A DNA stretch of 59,652 nucleotides from Octopus bimaculoides (lineage: Eukaryota): positions 41,987,028 to 42,046,679 of the forward strand of contig NC_068994.1 of the NCBI RefSeq assembly GCF_001194135.2, written 5' to 3'. A program made the position numbers and the translations under genes. Below are positions 12,150 through 24,827 of the stretch, piece by piece. Positions within the stretch are counted from its first letter, which is position 1, and each line of letters opens with the position of its first letter. Below the pieces are notes generated by a model that saw only the letters and a list, made by a program, of their open reading frames with translations, did no database searches and had not been told where the DNA came from.

Positions 12150-12300
12150 GACTTCATTGTTTACAACTATCAAATCAACTCACAAGGCTTTGGTTGACTT
12201 AGAGCTATAGTAAAAGACATTCACCCAAGGTACCACCACACAGCAGGACTGAGCCCAGAACAATGTGGTTGGAAAGCAAACTCCTGACCACACAGCCATG
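12150..12300 (-). mobile_element. SINE family B head half
   Basis: CTCACAAGGCTTTGG...AAGACATTCACCCAAGGT...CCACACAGCCATG. Confidence 0.75.
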
Positions 12301-13575
12301 ACGTATAATTTTCACTGTGTTGGTATTGCTGTGATTATATATTTTGGCATGTCACCTTATGCTACATTAGTCTGTAGAATTTATCTTCCTGATGTTGTTT
12401 CACGATTTGATCAGTTTTTGCAGTAAACCTTCATAATGTCTCCTTTTATTTGTCTCTGCTTTGGCACCAGTCAGCTGCAGCTATTTCTTCATCCTGTTAT
12501 CCAAATCTATTCATCAGTTTTAAATCTCATATCTTCCCTACATACTAGATTCCTCTTCTTCATCTATTACTTTAAATGCTTTTCATTCTAAGAACTTAAG
12601 GTAATCTATGGATTCCTATTGTATTTCTATGTTTCATATGATCCTATTCTGTAGCAAAGATGTAAACAATGAAAAAGCAAGAATAAAATATTCTCATTCT
12701 TTCACATAACAAAATATCATATAATGCATTCAAGAATATCACTCAAAGCATTTTTCAAACAAGCTCAGGACCACAGTATCTCTTCAGAATATATATATAA
12801 CAAGATATTGTATGACACTTCCAGAAAAAGAAAAAGAATTTTCACAGTATATATGTTACCAAATATTTTTCTCAACTATTTCATTTTATACATTATATTA
12901 ATCATTCATATTCTTTCATAGATTATTAACTTATTTAAATAATAAACTTATTCTGCATCATCCATATGCAACTTAGACACTTTGTGCCAAACTTACTCTT
13001 ATTTCTACAACCAGAAGCCTTGAAATCATCTTCCAATAGAGTCATACCAAACTTGTCTTCTTCAACAGCACCAAGACACAAACATACACATAAGGAAACT
13101 ACCTCCACAACCACATAAATATGAATAAGCATGCAGTTAAGTCACTTTAGTTCATTACAGATGCTACACATGCTACAACACACTGTCACTAAGGTTCTTT
13201 CCTTCCTGGCAAATGCAAATTATCAACATTGCAAAAATTGCATCACAAAATACTTCTTCACCCAAGAACTATTATCCCTATTATCCCTTTTAGCCCTCGA
13301 TAATGCTCATGTACTGGGTATGAGATGTTTTAGCACAGGTAGTTTAACATTGCTAATTCAACACTTACATACAAGAAGGTATCCAGATGTAACCAGAAAC
13401 ATTCTCTGTGGGACAAGCCTATTGTAGTGCAGGCTTCCACCTCTAGAAGCGACTTCATGTAGCCCTCAGGCATTAGTCTGCCAACCAGCGGCATCTCATG
13501 TACCGATACTGTCATGTGCTGAATCTTTGTTTTGAAGTGCTTCTCCCCTGTTCATCAACTTTTGTGACTGCTGAA

Positions 13576-13863
13576 ATGAAGGAACAGCACATTTCCATGG
13601 AATTCTGTTTACTGCTGGGTAAAACAGTTGCCAAAACAGTTGTCATGCTCTGAACAGCTTACAAGGATGCTGTCATGAGCAAAACACAAGTTTACAAGAG
13701 GTTTCTACACTTTAGGAATCATCACTTGTCACTTGAAGACCAACCTCATTCAGGATGACTGTTGACTTCCCAAAAGAATGAAAACATCATGAAAATTCCT
13801 GAACTGATCATAGAGGACCGTTGCTGAACAATTGATGAGCTTGTTGATATGACTGGTGTGTCA
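13576..13863 (+). mobile_element. Mariner-type transposase N-terminal (HTH) relic, second subfamily
   Basis: MKEQHISMEFCLLLGKTVAKTVVML*TAYKDAVMSKTQVYKRF...LEDQPHSG*...ELIIEDRC*TIDELVDMTGVS; the three TGA stops are consistent with CGA>TGA decay. Confidence 0.85.
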
Positions 13864-14602
13864 TATCAATTGACAAACTTATTAAAATGACTGGTGTGTC
13901 CTGTTCCTTATCTCTCTACCCTTCTCCCATCTCTGTTTTTCTCTGTTTTTTATGTGTGTGAGTATATTTCTCTTTATGCATAGGACCTCCCCCAAATTTC
14001 AGGCCTTGTGCCTATAGTAGAAAGGATTAATATTATTATTATTATTATTATTATTATTAAGTAGTTGCATCATCATCATGATCATCATCATCATCATCCA
14101 CATACATAAACATCTTAAAGCTTTTGCTGTTCTTATTATTTGCTTCCAAACATGAAATAATCTCAACCATTTTTTCTTTAAAAAGTTCAAATGTTGTTTT
14201 TTTTTGTTTTTTTGTTTAAACTTTCTTTTCTCTGCCATAATCAGCGCCAGGTGTACGCTTGCTACAATCTTGTTCCCCTGTTTTCATAGTGAAACAGAAA
14301 ATACCATTCTATTATTACTATTATTATTATTATTTTCTTTTTCTTTTTCTTTTAACCAAAACATCCACTATAATGAAGTAAATGTCGGATTTTGTTCTTT
14401 TTAGTGTAAATGAAAAATGAAACTAGAGATAGTGACTTACTTTGAAATATTGTGTCTTTTTCCCTTTATTATATAATATATTAGCTGGGAGCAGAGTAAA
14501 AGACATTGATGACTATTTCCAAGCAATATCTTTCAAACAAACACTATTCATCTTCTCTTAAAAGCTCTCTCAGTTGGCTGCTAATCTCACATTTTTTATT
14601 TC

Positions 14603-14604
<2 letters not shown>

Positions 14605-14651
<47 letters not shown>

Positions 14652-14854
14652 GTTGTTGTTGTTGTTGTTTTTGGTGTTGTTGTTGCTGTTGTTGTTGCAG
14701 TTGTTGTGGTTGTTGTTGTTGTTGTTATATGTTTTACTTTATTTATTGCCACAATAAATCAAACTATAGTCTTCAGAATAAAACTCAATGTTTTTACAAC
14801 AGGAAGAGAAGAAAAATAAAGAAAGAGAAGAAACTGAATATAATAATAATGATG

Positions 14855-14892
<38 letters not shown>

Positions 14893-14935
14893 CGTAATAA
14901 TAATAATGATAATAATAATAATGATAATAATAAAG
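14605..14935. repeat. (ATT)n/(GTT)n tract and an oppositely oriented (AAT)n tract
   Basis: Direct inspection. Confidence 0.95.
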
Positions 14936-15504
14936 AATGGAAAAAAATAAATGAAGAAAATACATGAAGAAATAAACAAACAAGTTTTCTTCCCCACACC
15001 CTCGTCACGGCCCCCCCTTCCCACCACCTCCTCTCACGTATTGCTAAGAATAAGGTTTTTTTGCGAAAAAGAAAAAAAGTTCAGTTTAAAAAAAAAAATA
15101 TTTTGTTTGGAGAAAACTATCAGAGAGATAAATGGGAGCAGAGGAGACAGGGTGAGGGCAAGAAAGGGTTGTGTGTGTATGTGTGTGTTTGTGTGTGTGT
15201 GTGTGTGTAGAGGGGGGGATTATACATGAAGACTTATATGAAAAGTATTGCTGAAGTAAGTTTTGATGAAAGAAAAATAATAAAAAATATTTAAAAAAAT
15301 ATATTGATATTCTGATTATTATTATCATTATTATTATTATTGTTATTATTATTATCATTATTATTATTATTACTATTAACTTTATTATTATTATTATTTC
15401 ATTTTTATATTTCATTTGGCTTATTCAGGCCAGACATGAAATGGTTTGAGCGTTTGAGAAAAAACAATTTTGTTGTTTTTGTTATTTCATCATCATCATC
15501 TTAT

Positions 15505-15815
15505 CATTGTTGTTATTTTATTATTATTCAAAAGCTGTTACATGTTAATTTATTTACAAGGAATGTTACTGTGTAGTTTGGTGACAAGTTCCATGAAATT
15601 TCAACAATCTTTTGTTTTAACAATTCTTGCAGAAAACAGAATGGCACTTTCTTGTTGGTCAACAGTCTGTATATCTCAATTCCAATATCCTCCAATCTCT
15701 TAGATAACAATTTTGGCATGGTACTGAGTGTACCAATTACCACAAGAACGATTTTTTATATTTTGTTTTTATATTTAATTTCCAAGAGTCCCAATTTAAA
15801 TCAGGGTTCATGTGT
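15505..15815 (-). mobile_element. 3' end of an R4/Dong-type (restriction-like endonuclease) LINE, frameshifted
   Basis: KIVLVVIGTLSTMPKLLSKRLEDIGIEI / QTVDQQESAILFSARIVK resembles the VVIGALG..K.LE..GI...LQK.A.L..ARIL C-terminus of that clade; short 3'UTR and AAT-rich tail. Confidence 0.75.
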
Positions 15816-16539
15816 TGAATTGAAACAGCTTCTGATACACCTTGGGAGGGTCATTATGTCAATAAACGCACACACACACACACACACACACACTGGTTCA
15901 ATTTCACTTCTCTTATTATTAGTAGTCAATTTGTTAACATTTAACCAATTAATCAATTGATTGTCTGATTAATCATTTAGCTAATCAGTCAATAACCAGC
16001 TTTGTCAAATTCCTTTTGCCACTATTTGTGATCACTATAATGACATGCCCTCTCTACTCAAAGTCTGCTTCAAACCTATCTCATATTTACTTCATCTCTT
16101 ATTAATCATTGGTGAAGGTGGATGGTTTAGTGGTTAGGGTATTCAACTCATACTTATAAGGTCATGAGTTCAATTCCCAAGATAGTACTCCAGCATGGCC
16201 ATAGTCCAGTAACTGAAACCAGTAAAGAGGTAAGAGATATAAAATCCTCTGATCATATTTATTTATAATCGATGTTGTATAAGTACCATAGATATCTGTG
16301 TTTGACTATCAAAGGCCTTAGCGAAGGAATTCCAATTTAGAGAATATAAAAACAAACTGGAGTTTAAAATATCATGCATATTGCCCCTATTTTGTGCTAA
16401 TGTGAAAGGGAATCAGCTGATTGAAAAAGAATACAAAAGGAAACATTGGACTAATAAAGAATGGAAGAATGTTTTTGAGCAACTGCTTATCTTTGTTGTT
16501 ACGCCAAATTACAATATCTAGATAATAGTTCACACTCTG

Positions 16540-17080
16540 TCGGTTAGGATGATGAGTGTTTCTATTGAACCAATCAATGGAATGACATGAAAGTGGCTGA
16601 GCACTCCACAAACATGCATACATTCAATGTAGATCTTGGGGAGATTCAGTGTGACACAGGATGTGACAAAGCTGGCCCTTTGAATTACAGGTACTACTCA
16701 TTTTTGGCAGCTGAGTGGACTGAAACAATGTGAAAGTAAAGTTTCTTATTTCTTTATTGCCCTCAAGGGGCTAAACATAGAGGGGACAAACAAGGGCAGA
16801 CAAAGAGATTAAGTCGATTACATCGACCCCAGTGGGTAACTGGTACTTAATTTATCGATCCTGAAAGGATGAAAGGCAAAGTCAACCTCAGCAGAATTTG
16901 AACTCGGAACGTAACGGCAGACGAAATACCGCTAAGCATTTCGCCCGGCGTGCTAACATTTCTGCCAGCTCACCACCTTGTGAAAGTAAAGTTTCTTGCT
17001 CAAAGACACAATGCACCACCAGGAATTGAACTCAAAGTCTTATGACCATGAAATAAATACCCTTAACCACTTTGCCAAGT
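16540..17080 (-). mobile_element. SINE family F (host of the nested family A copy)
   Basis: B-box-like GAGTTCAATTCC on the minus strand; body similar to 48374-48665. Confidence 0.75.
16748..16978 (-). mobile_element. tRNA-derived SINE family A, young full-length copy nested in a family F SINE
   Basis: Near-identical to 45228-45450; flanking direct repeat TGTGAAAGTAAAGTTTCTT at 16729-16747 and 16979-16997. Confidence 0.9.
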
Positions 17081-17439
17081 ACCTTCACATTTGCATAATA
17101 CAGTAAAATGAAACAGAGATGCAAAATATTACTGCTGATAGCCCTATATAGAAGAGCATTTCGATTTCCCTCCAAAAATATCTAGGATGCCTTATAAAAT
17201 ATTAAATGAATTCCAGTATTTGACTATTTTAACAATGGTGTCTACTGTTCTTTCCCCTACCTTATGCAGTCTCCAAAAATTTATTGATATTTTGAAAATC
17301 AAAGCAGATGGAATTAGTTTCAGATCCCTTCATCAGTTGAGGAACTTTACTGGCTTTATATTCATACCAGCTTTTGGTAGAGCTCTATTTTGTTTTCCCC
17401 TAGTATTTTAGCTTGTGAGTATGCATTCAATTCCTGGGC

Positions 17440-17592
17440 CAGTCAGTCAATCTCTACTCTGGGTCAAGTGCCATGGAAAGACGGTATAATCTAAAGTTGA
17501 TCTTGGCAAAATTTGAACTCAGAACATGAACTGTTATTACTAAATATGTCAGGCATTTTGTACAACACTAATTCAGCCAGTCCACCACCTTA
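17440..17592 (-). mobile_element. Family A SINE fragment
   Basis: AAAGTTGATCTTGGCAAAATTTGAACTCAGAAC...CACCACCTT. Confidence 0.65.
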
Positions 17593-19807
17593 AGGTTAAC
17601 CTTCTTGAATCGTTAAAACAAAGAAATATTAAAACACGAAAAAAAAAATTATAATTTAAGAAGGGAAAAAAATGAGTCATACTGATAATTTCCAGTAAAC
17701 AAATAAATGGATGAATGTTTCATGCTGAGAGTTTATAATTTTATTAACCTACAAAAATCAATTGAGTAATAATGTATCAGATATAGTTTTGCAATAATGG
17801 ACAAAATTATCAATGATTTTAAAAAAAAATTTTCTGAATATTATCTCAGCGTACACATACAGCTCAGTCTCTTTCATATGCTACTAACAACCTTTATATA
17901 TTATCACAAAGTTCACCGAAATCTCTGCTATTCTTAAGAAAAAGGCAATGAAGAAAAGGGAGAAGTATATCTAGATTGTGTATGGCAAACATTCCTAACC
18001 AAATACAATAAACTGGTAATACACTTTCCTTACATTTCTAATATACATTATTGAGAAACATTTTTTTCTCCTTCTTCTCCTCTTCCTATTTTGAAAATTG
18101 AAGCACAAAACAAAAAGAATATTTTAGAAACTGTCAACTAAAATTCATGAGAAAACACAAGAATATAAGAAAGAAATATATAAAATATCTTTGTTCTGTT
18201 TGAAAATGGAATGCAACCGTTCTGTTACACTGAACTCAAGAGATTACTTTGAAAAGGGATAAACTTAATTGGCTCTGTGTTTTTTTTTTTATTTATTTTT
18301 TTACTATTCGTTTGTTTTTTCCTTCTTTTTTTTTTCCCAATACATAAGAACACATTGAGAGTGGTAATCATTTAGTGGAATTGTGTTAGATTCAGGTGTT
18401 CAGGAAATATATTTCTTGACATAAAAATGAGATTATGAATAAGGTAATTAAATAATGAAAAGAAAAGAAAAGCTTCTCAAGTCAATGTATCAACAAAAAC
18501 AGAAAAATATTTAACATCATATTTTGGAGAAAAATATTCAAGAGAGAACTAATAAAGTCAATGATTTATATTTCTTGAATCAATTGAAAGATTGTGCTAC
18601 ATATTGATTTGCCTAGCTGCCACCCAATTTAATTTCTATATTACTTTTCATTCACTTTCCTCTTATCTGCTGTAAGCTAGAGAAAAATTAGGCTTGAAAT
18701 TCCATTAAGTTTATTGAACATTTGAAAAATAGCTAAGCTACTGATGCAATATATTTGCATTTGGAATTTCAAAATAAGGCCACCTAACACATCAATGTGT
18801 GGCTGCTTCTTATACTTGACAGTTTAAAGTGTGGTTGATTCTTTAAGTTAATCAATCCGACATAGATGGTGTCTTGTAGTTAACAAGTCCAAATGAGATT
18901 GCTTCTTCTGGTTAACACTCCAGTGTTAAGTTTGCTAGTGTTAACATAACAATGTATGACTTGTTATATTTGACCAATGAACATATATTTAATTAAAGTT
19001 AACAGTTGAAAGTGATAATTTGAATTGTAATATTAAATAAAATCTAAACTATAGTTCAAAGTGTGAATATTTAATAACGGCGACTATTCGATGTGTAGTT
19101 ATTATTGTAAAATGTAAATTTCTAAACAAATTCATTGTAATTAATAGATTAACGTGAAGCAAATTAATAATACTTCACCCTTTGAAACATAGTAACTCAA
19201 AGATCCAGTTGATTTTAGTTATTACAATTAACATTTCAAAGCAGAGATGAAAAAATATTTTCTGTATATGATGACAATGAAACAGTAATACAAATATTCA
19301 ACAGTAGCAATTTGTTTATGCTTTTGTTATTGTTTTTTTCATTTTGCTATTTGTATATATTTATTTATTTATTTATTTTTAACTGAATTTTATATGTATG
19401 CGAAATGGCACAGTGTTTAGACAGTTGAAATGAGTCTCTAAAATTTATATTGAAATAAGGACAGAAAATGGTTTGAAATCATGTATTCAGACAATGAGAG
19501 GTGTTCTATTAATTATAATGAAAGCTCCAAAATTTGCATTCTATATAATAGAATTTACTGTATTTTGATAAAGTAAATATATAAGGTACAACATTTGTAT
19601 TGCTAATGTTCTGAACAAAAGATCAAAACAATATAAATTTAATCTCTCTTGCTTATATTGTGCTCCAAGGCAAGTGACAACACTCAAATGAAATCAGTTT
19701 AATTTAAAATAAGTACTGGTTGTATTTCACCCTTGATTGACTGGCTTAGGATAATTCCAACAATTCAAACAGATGTTTCAAACTTGTGGAGCCATTCACT
19801 GTAAATA

Positions 19808-19965
19808 ACCGACCTCTTTTTATTTGATTCATTTCGGTCATATGACTGCAGCCATGCTGGGGCACTATCTTGAAGAATTTAGTCCAACAAGTCAACCCCA
19901 GGACTTAATTTCTTATTTAAAGTCTGGTACTCATTCTTTTGGGCTCTTTTGCCAATCTGCTAAGT
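19808..19965 (-). mobile_element. SINE family B tail half
   Basis: GACTGCAGCCATGCTGGGGCAC...CTGCTAAGT. Confidence 0.7.
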
Positions 19966-19997
19966 CACATAGAGGAAAGTGAATGAAAAGTAATAGA

Positions 19998-20128
19998 CAG
20001 GGTGTCCACAAAGTCTGGGTACATGGGGATTAACACATACTTTAAGAAATTATTATTTCTTATATTTAATTTTTTATGTTAATTGTTTAATTGTTTACTC
20101 CATGTAGCCAGACTTTGTGGACACCCTG
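19998..20128. mobile_element. Tc1/mariner-type MITE (131 bp)
   Basis: About 29-bp TIR CAGGGTGTCCACAAAGTCTGGGTACATGG / CCATGTAGCCAGACTTTGTGGACACCCTG, TA on the right flank. Confidence 0.85.
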
Positions 20129-20699
20129 TAGAAACAAACCAATACCAGAGTTGAAGCTGTGGTGAAGACAAACATAAACACATGCACATCCATGTGTACA
20201 AACATACAGGCACGCACATACAGTTACACACACATACAAATATACACACATATATAAACTCACTTACACATACATGCACACATATATACAAGTTCATGAC
20301 TATGTCCAACTGGATCTTGAGACATTTATATTATTATCATGAGAACCAGAAAGGAAATGAAAAACACAAGCTTGAAGCAATTATTTTTGCATGAAAGAAA
20401 ATAAGGATAAGTGTTTTTATTCGAACTTGCATTTCATTTTTCAAAAAAAAACATTTAAACAGTGAATATTTCAAAAGAAAAGTAGACTTCGTTTGCCAGC
20501 TGATGATCAGAAATGAGTAATTCTGAAGATTGTAAATTGGAACTTTTCAGTTATAATGTTTTAAAGAATACTCTACATTTTGAATCCAGGCAAATCAACA
20601 GAGATTTATCTCATATGTGTGCATGTGTGTGTGTGTCCTCATTATCCTCCTCCTCCTCCTCCTCCTCACCATCATCATCATCATCCCCACCACCACCAC

Positions 20700-20890
20700 C
20701 ACTGCTTGACAACTGATGTTGGTGTGTTTACGTCCTTGTAACAAAGCAGTTCAACAAAAGAGACCCATAGAATAAGTACCAAGCATTAAAAAAAATGAAT
20801 AACTACTAGGGTCGATTTTTTATGACTAAAAATTCTTCAAGGTAGTGCTCCAGCATGGCTACAGTCTAATGACTGTAACAAATAAAAGAT
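20700..20890 (+). mobile_element. SINE family B tail half
   Basis: CTTGACAACTGATGTTGGTGTGTTTACGTCC...CCAGCATGGCTACAGTC. Confidence 0.8.
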
Positions 20891-21103
20891 TTTAAAAAAA
20901 TAAAGTATAAAATTTGATATATTTAAAAAAATTTGTTTCCCCTTATTCACTTTTGTTTCAGAGTTCACTGTTACATTCTAATTAATTAAATGAAAACCAT
21001 GCGATATATTTCATATAGGAATCAATTAAGAAGTAGGTCTAATTATTTCATATTAAACTAATTAAACACAAGCAGTTATTAGTCAATGTTTGGGTGTGCT
21101 TAC

Positions 21104-21186
21104 CAATGTGAAGAATCATTTTTGATCTTAGATTTCTCCTGCTTCACAACTTTCTTTCATTCCAAGCCTCATTTTCAAGCGGCAAG
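21104..21186 (-). CDS. Putative downstream exon (83 nt) carrying the stop: (A)CRLKMRLGMKESCEAGEI*, TAA at 21130-21128
   Basis: Acceptor ggttctgtttctcttctgtctgtag, donor TTG|gtaagc; phase-1 start is compatible with exon 30469-30610. Confidence 0.55.
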
Positions 21187-21727
21187 CTACAGACAGAAGA
21201 GAAACAGAACCATCAATACAGTAAAATGACAGAACTTATCTTTAATGATTTACTGCTGAAATTCTATAATAAAGAAAGAATTAAATGACTCATATAGAAT
21301 TATCTTCAGCTGTTACTCTGATCTCTCATATATCATTTTCTTTTCTATTGCAAAAATTTCTTAAGTAGTATTAAGGATTTGCTATTAAAGTATAAAGCAA
21401 ATCTTCAGAAAGTTCTTCTTTCTATCTAGTTTATAGAACATTATTTTCAGTTTCCTTTTCACTTTGATACATGGAACCTTGTTTATAACTGTTCGTTTGT
21501 CACTAGTCTGGAATGAGATGATACAATCAATTGTGAACCATGTTATGTTCATCATAGATTGATCTGTGATTACACAGGTTGGTGATTGGTCAATCAGTCA
21601 AAGGATTCTGCTTGTACCACAAAAATGCATCTCAGTGACCACCAACGAGTCACCTTCCAAGCATGCACTGACTATCACTGGTGTTTACATCACTGTGCTG
21701 TTGTGAGGCTGTGAATTTTATTTTATA

Positions 21728-21886
21728 CAGACGTGGCTGTGTGGTAAGAAGCTTGAATCCCAATCACATGGTACCAGGTTCAGTTCCACTGCATGGCACC
21801 TAGGGCACTTGTTTCCTACTATAGCTTTGGACCCACCAAAGCCTTGTGAGTGGATTTGGTAGATGGAAACTGAAAAGAAACCCATC

Positions 21887-21923
<37 letters not shown>

Positions 21924-22545
21924 CATTATTTTATGTATATTAATATTATCTCAGTTGTTAAAACTTTCGATAATTTGAATACGTTAATGGTTACCAGGGG
22001 TAGCAAAATTACACTAAAAAACAAGATATCCCAGCCGATTTACAGGTTGATATACCGAGTTAACGTGATACATTTTGAGNNNNNNNNNNTAGCAAAATTA
22101 CACTAAAAAACAAGATATCCCAGCCGATTTACAGGTTGATATACCGAGTTAACGTGATACATTTTGAGAATATATGGATAATAACAACAAATGGAGCAAA
22201 ACGCATGTCCTTTTTTTGTGAAATGGCCCTCACTTGCTTCGAAACATATGTGTAGGAATTAAAGGAACTTTCATCGACATGCGTTTTGCTCCATTTGTTG
22301 TTATTATCTATATATATATACATGTATTTATGTGTCTGTGTTTGCCCTTCTACCATCTCGTGACAATCAATGTTAGTGTGTTTATGTCCCTGTAACTTAG
22401 CAGTTTGGCAAAATAGACCGATAGAATAAGTTCTTGGCTTACAGAGAAAAAGTTGTGGGGTCGATTTCTTTGACTAAAAAAACCCTTTAAGGTGATGCTC
22501 CAGCATGGCCACAGTCAAATGACAGAATCAAGTAAAAGAATAAAA
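21728..22545 (+). mobile_element. SINE family B split by the 21940-22310 insertion
   Basis: Head 21728-21890 and tail 22330-22545 match 58996-59385. Confidence 0.85.
21940..22310. mobile_element. Unclassified insertion in the (TA)n of a SINE, with a perfect 33-bp inverted repeat
   Basis: GATAATAACAACAAATGGAGCAAAACGCATGTC at 22177-22209 and its exact reverse complement at 22276-22308; splits SINE head (21728) from tail (22330). Confidence 0.6.
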
Positions 22546-22724
22546 GAATTTACATACTTGTCCCCATCAACATGAGATCAGTTAACAGAAAATATCCAAA
22601 GCTGTCTACATAAGTGTGAGAATGAAATTTGCTTAGGGGGTTCAAACCCAGGTCCAAAATTTTTATACAAACAAGGTCGATTTGCTTTCAATCTTAATAT
22701 GAAAATAAACACAAGTATAATAAT

Positions 22725-23302
22725 GGTTTCAAATTTTAGCACAAGGCCAGTAATTTCAGATAAGTCAATTACATTGACCCCAGTGCTCAACTGGTACTTA
22801 TTTTATTGATGCCGAAAGGCATGTAAGGCAGAGTCAGCCTTGGCAGAATTTGAACTCAGAATGTAAAGACGGACAAAATGCTGCGAAGCATTTTGTCCAT
22901 TGTGCTAACTATTCTGCCAATGATTATTATAATATTTGTACATCAATCATAGCAGGTAAATCCAATAATCTTTTCTACTCTAGGCACAAGGCCCGAAATT
23001 TTGGGGGAGAGGGCCAGTTGATTAGATCGACCCAGTACGCAACTGGTACTTAATTTATTGACCCCCGAGAAGATGAAAGGCAAAGTTGACCATGGCTGAA
23101 TTTGAACTCAGAACGTAAAGACAGATGAAATACCACTAAGCATTTCACCCAGCATGCTAACGTTTCTACCAGCTCACTGCCTTATAAAGGATGAAAGGCA
23201 AAGGTCAACCTCAATAGAATTTGAATTCAGAATATTAAGACAAGCAAAACGCTGCTGAGCATTTTACCTGGATTACTAACAATTCTGTCAGTTCACCACC
23301 TT
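22725..23302 (-). mobile_element. Cluster of three family A SINEs
   Basis: Three successive copies of GGCAGAATTTGAACTCAGAA...GCTAAGCATTT (about 22725-22920, 22968-23163, 23168-23302). Confidence 0.85.
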
Positions 23303-24154
23303 AGATAAAACCAATAATGGAAAAACAACATTTCAAATCAGTTTGAAAATGTTTCTATGCTCATCTGTTGTAGCAAAGAAAAATTTTCCAGGAGGATATT
23401 CAAAACTACTTCCAGCCCACCTCCCAAAATTTTAAGGAGTGTACATGCATTCCCTGAACCCCCTGTTTCAAAGTTTATGGGTGCCTAATCCCAACAAATG
23501 ATTACAGACAAAGGTGTTCTCTATAGGAAAAGGAAAAGAGAATCAGAAAAATACACAATCATCGGAGCTTCGACAAGTTTGGTGTCAACGAATCTACCAT
23601 TCATTCCATTTATTAAAGACATGGAGATGGAGGTGATTCATTTAACAACGATTCATTTATCACTGTGTTGTTCTTTTATATTTTTTATAAACCACACCCC
23701 CGTGATAAATGAGACTAGATGCATTAAATGCATTTTATCTTTGCCTGCATAAAAGGTAGAGTATTTTCGTGTTGCATGTCTTAAAAGCTGTGGCATTATT
23801 GTAAGAACTGCAAAAATGTGAATAGTGGAGACGGTGTGACATTGGATCTGAATGGATAATGTATGATGTGGAATGAAGGAGTGACTGAATTTGAATGCGT
23901 CAGGTTTTCCTTTGTGACAGTTAAGAAGCTGGTATTAAGAACATGTGTTGAGAATGGATAATGAGAATAAAGTGAGCATATTGTCTAGGATGATGATCGA
24001 TGATGATGCCCAGAATGTATATGTCGTCTTTAAAAGAAAAGAAAAAAAAATGGAAAAAAAACAAACAAATTAAGCTAAGACTACTATGGATTATCTGAAC
24101 AAATGAATAGTTCAGGGCTAGTCAGAGCAAAAGTGATGAATGGTTGAAATGCTA

Positions 24155-24280
24155 AAGTAGTAGTAGTAGTAGTAGTAGCAATAGTAGTAGTAGTAGTAGT
24201 AGTAGTAGCTGTTGTTGTTGTTGCTGTTGTTACTGTAGTTGCTGCTGCTGCTGCTGATGATGATGATGGTGATGATGAAG
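24155..24280. repeat. Compound (AGT)n-(GTT)n-(GCT)n-(GAT)n
   Basis: Direct inspection. Confidence 0.95.
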
Positions 24281-24459
24281 TGGATGATTTAACATGCTGA
24301 TAAAATAGATGTTTTGTGCATAAAATATGGTGCTGTTACAAATATGTATAGGGACGTATTTATTATTTATTAAGGGTATTTAATCACTACCTCACTTCAG
24401 AAAATTAAATGAAAATAATGGGGAAAAAAATTATTAAACAGTAGATTGCAACTCCACCA

Positions 24460-24513
<54 letters not shown>

Positions 24514-24827
24514 CTCTCTCTCTCTCCCTCTCAGTTTCCTTGTTTGTCTCCACTGTCCTGTTTTTGTTCTCAACTTTGACCCTCCATAAATTCAAAATTT
24601 TATTTTGGTATTTGTGGGAGCAACTGTGGAAATTTTAACTGTGAGTGTATTAAATTATAAGGCACTAAAAGAGAATGACTCTCCCCAGACACAACAGTAT
24701 ACATATNNNNNNNNNNNNNNNNNNNNNNNNNNNNNNNNNNNNNNNNNNNNNNNNNNNNNNNNNNNNNNNNNNNNNNNNNNNNNNNNNNNNNNNNNNNNNN
24801 NNNNNNNNNNTATATATATATATATAT

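Noticed and set aside
15634-15720. Strong plus-strand acceptor and 102-aa ORF
   Set aside because: Explained as the antisense strand of the R4/Dong LINE fragment
22007-22168. Tandem duplication across the gap (likewise near 42297-42385, 54640-54715, 56620-56955)
   Set aside because: Identical sequence on both sides of a gap indicates unmerged overlapping contig ends
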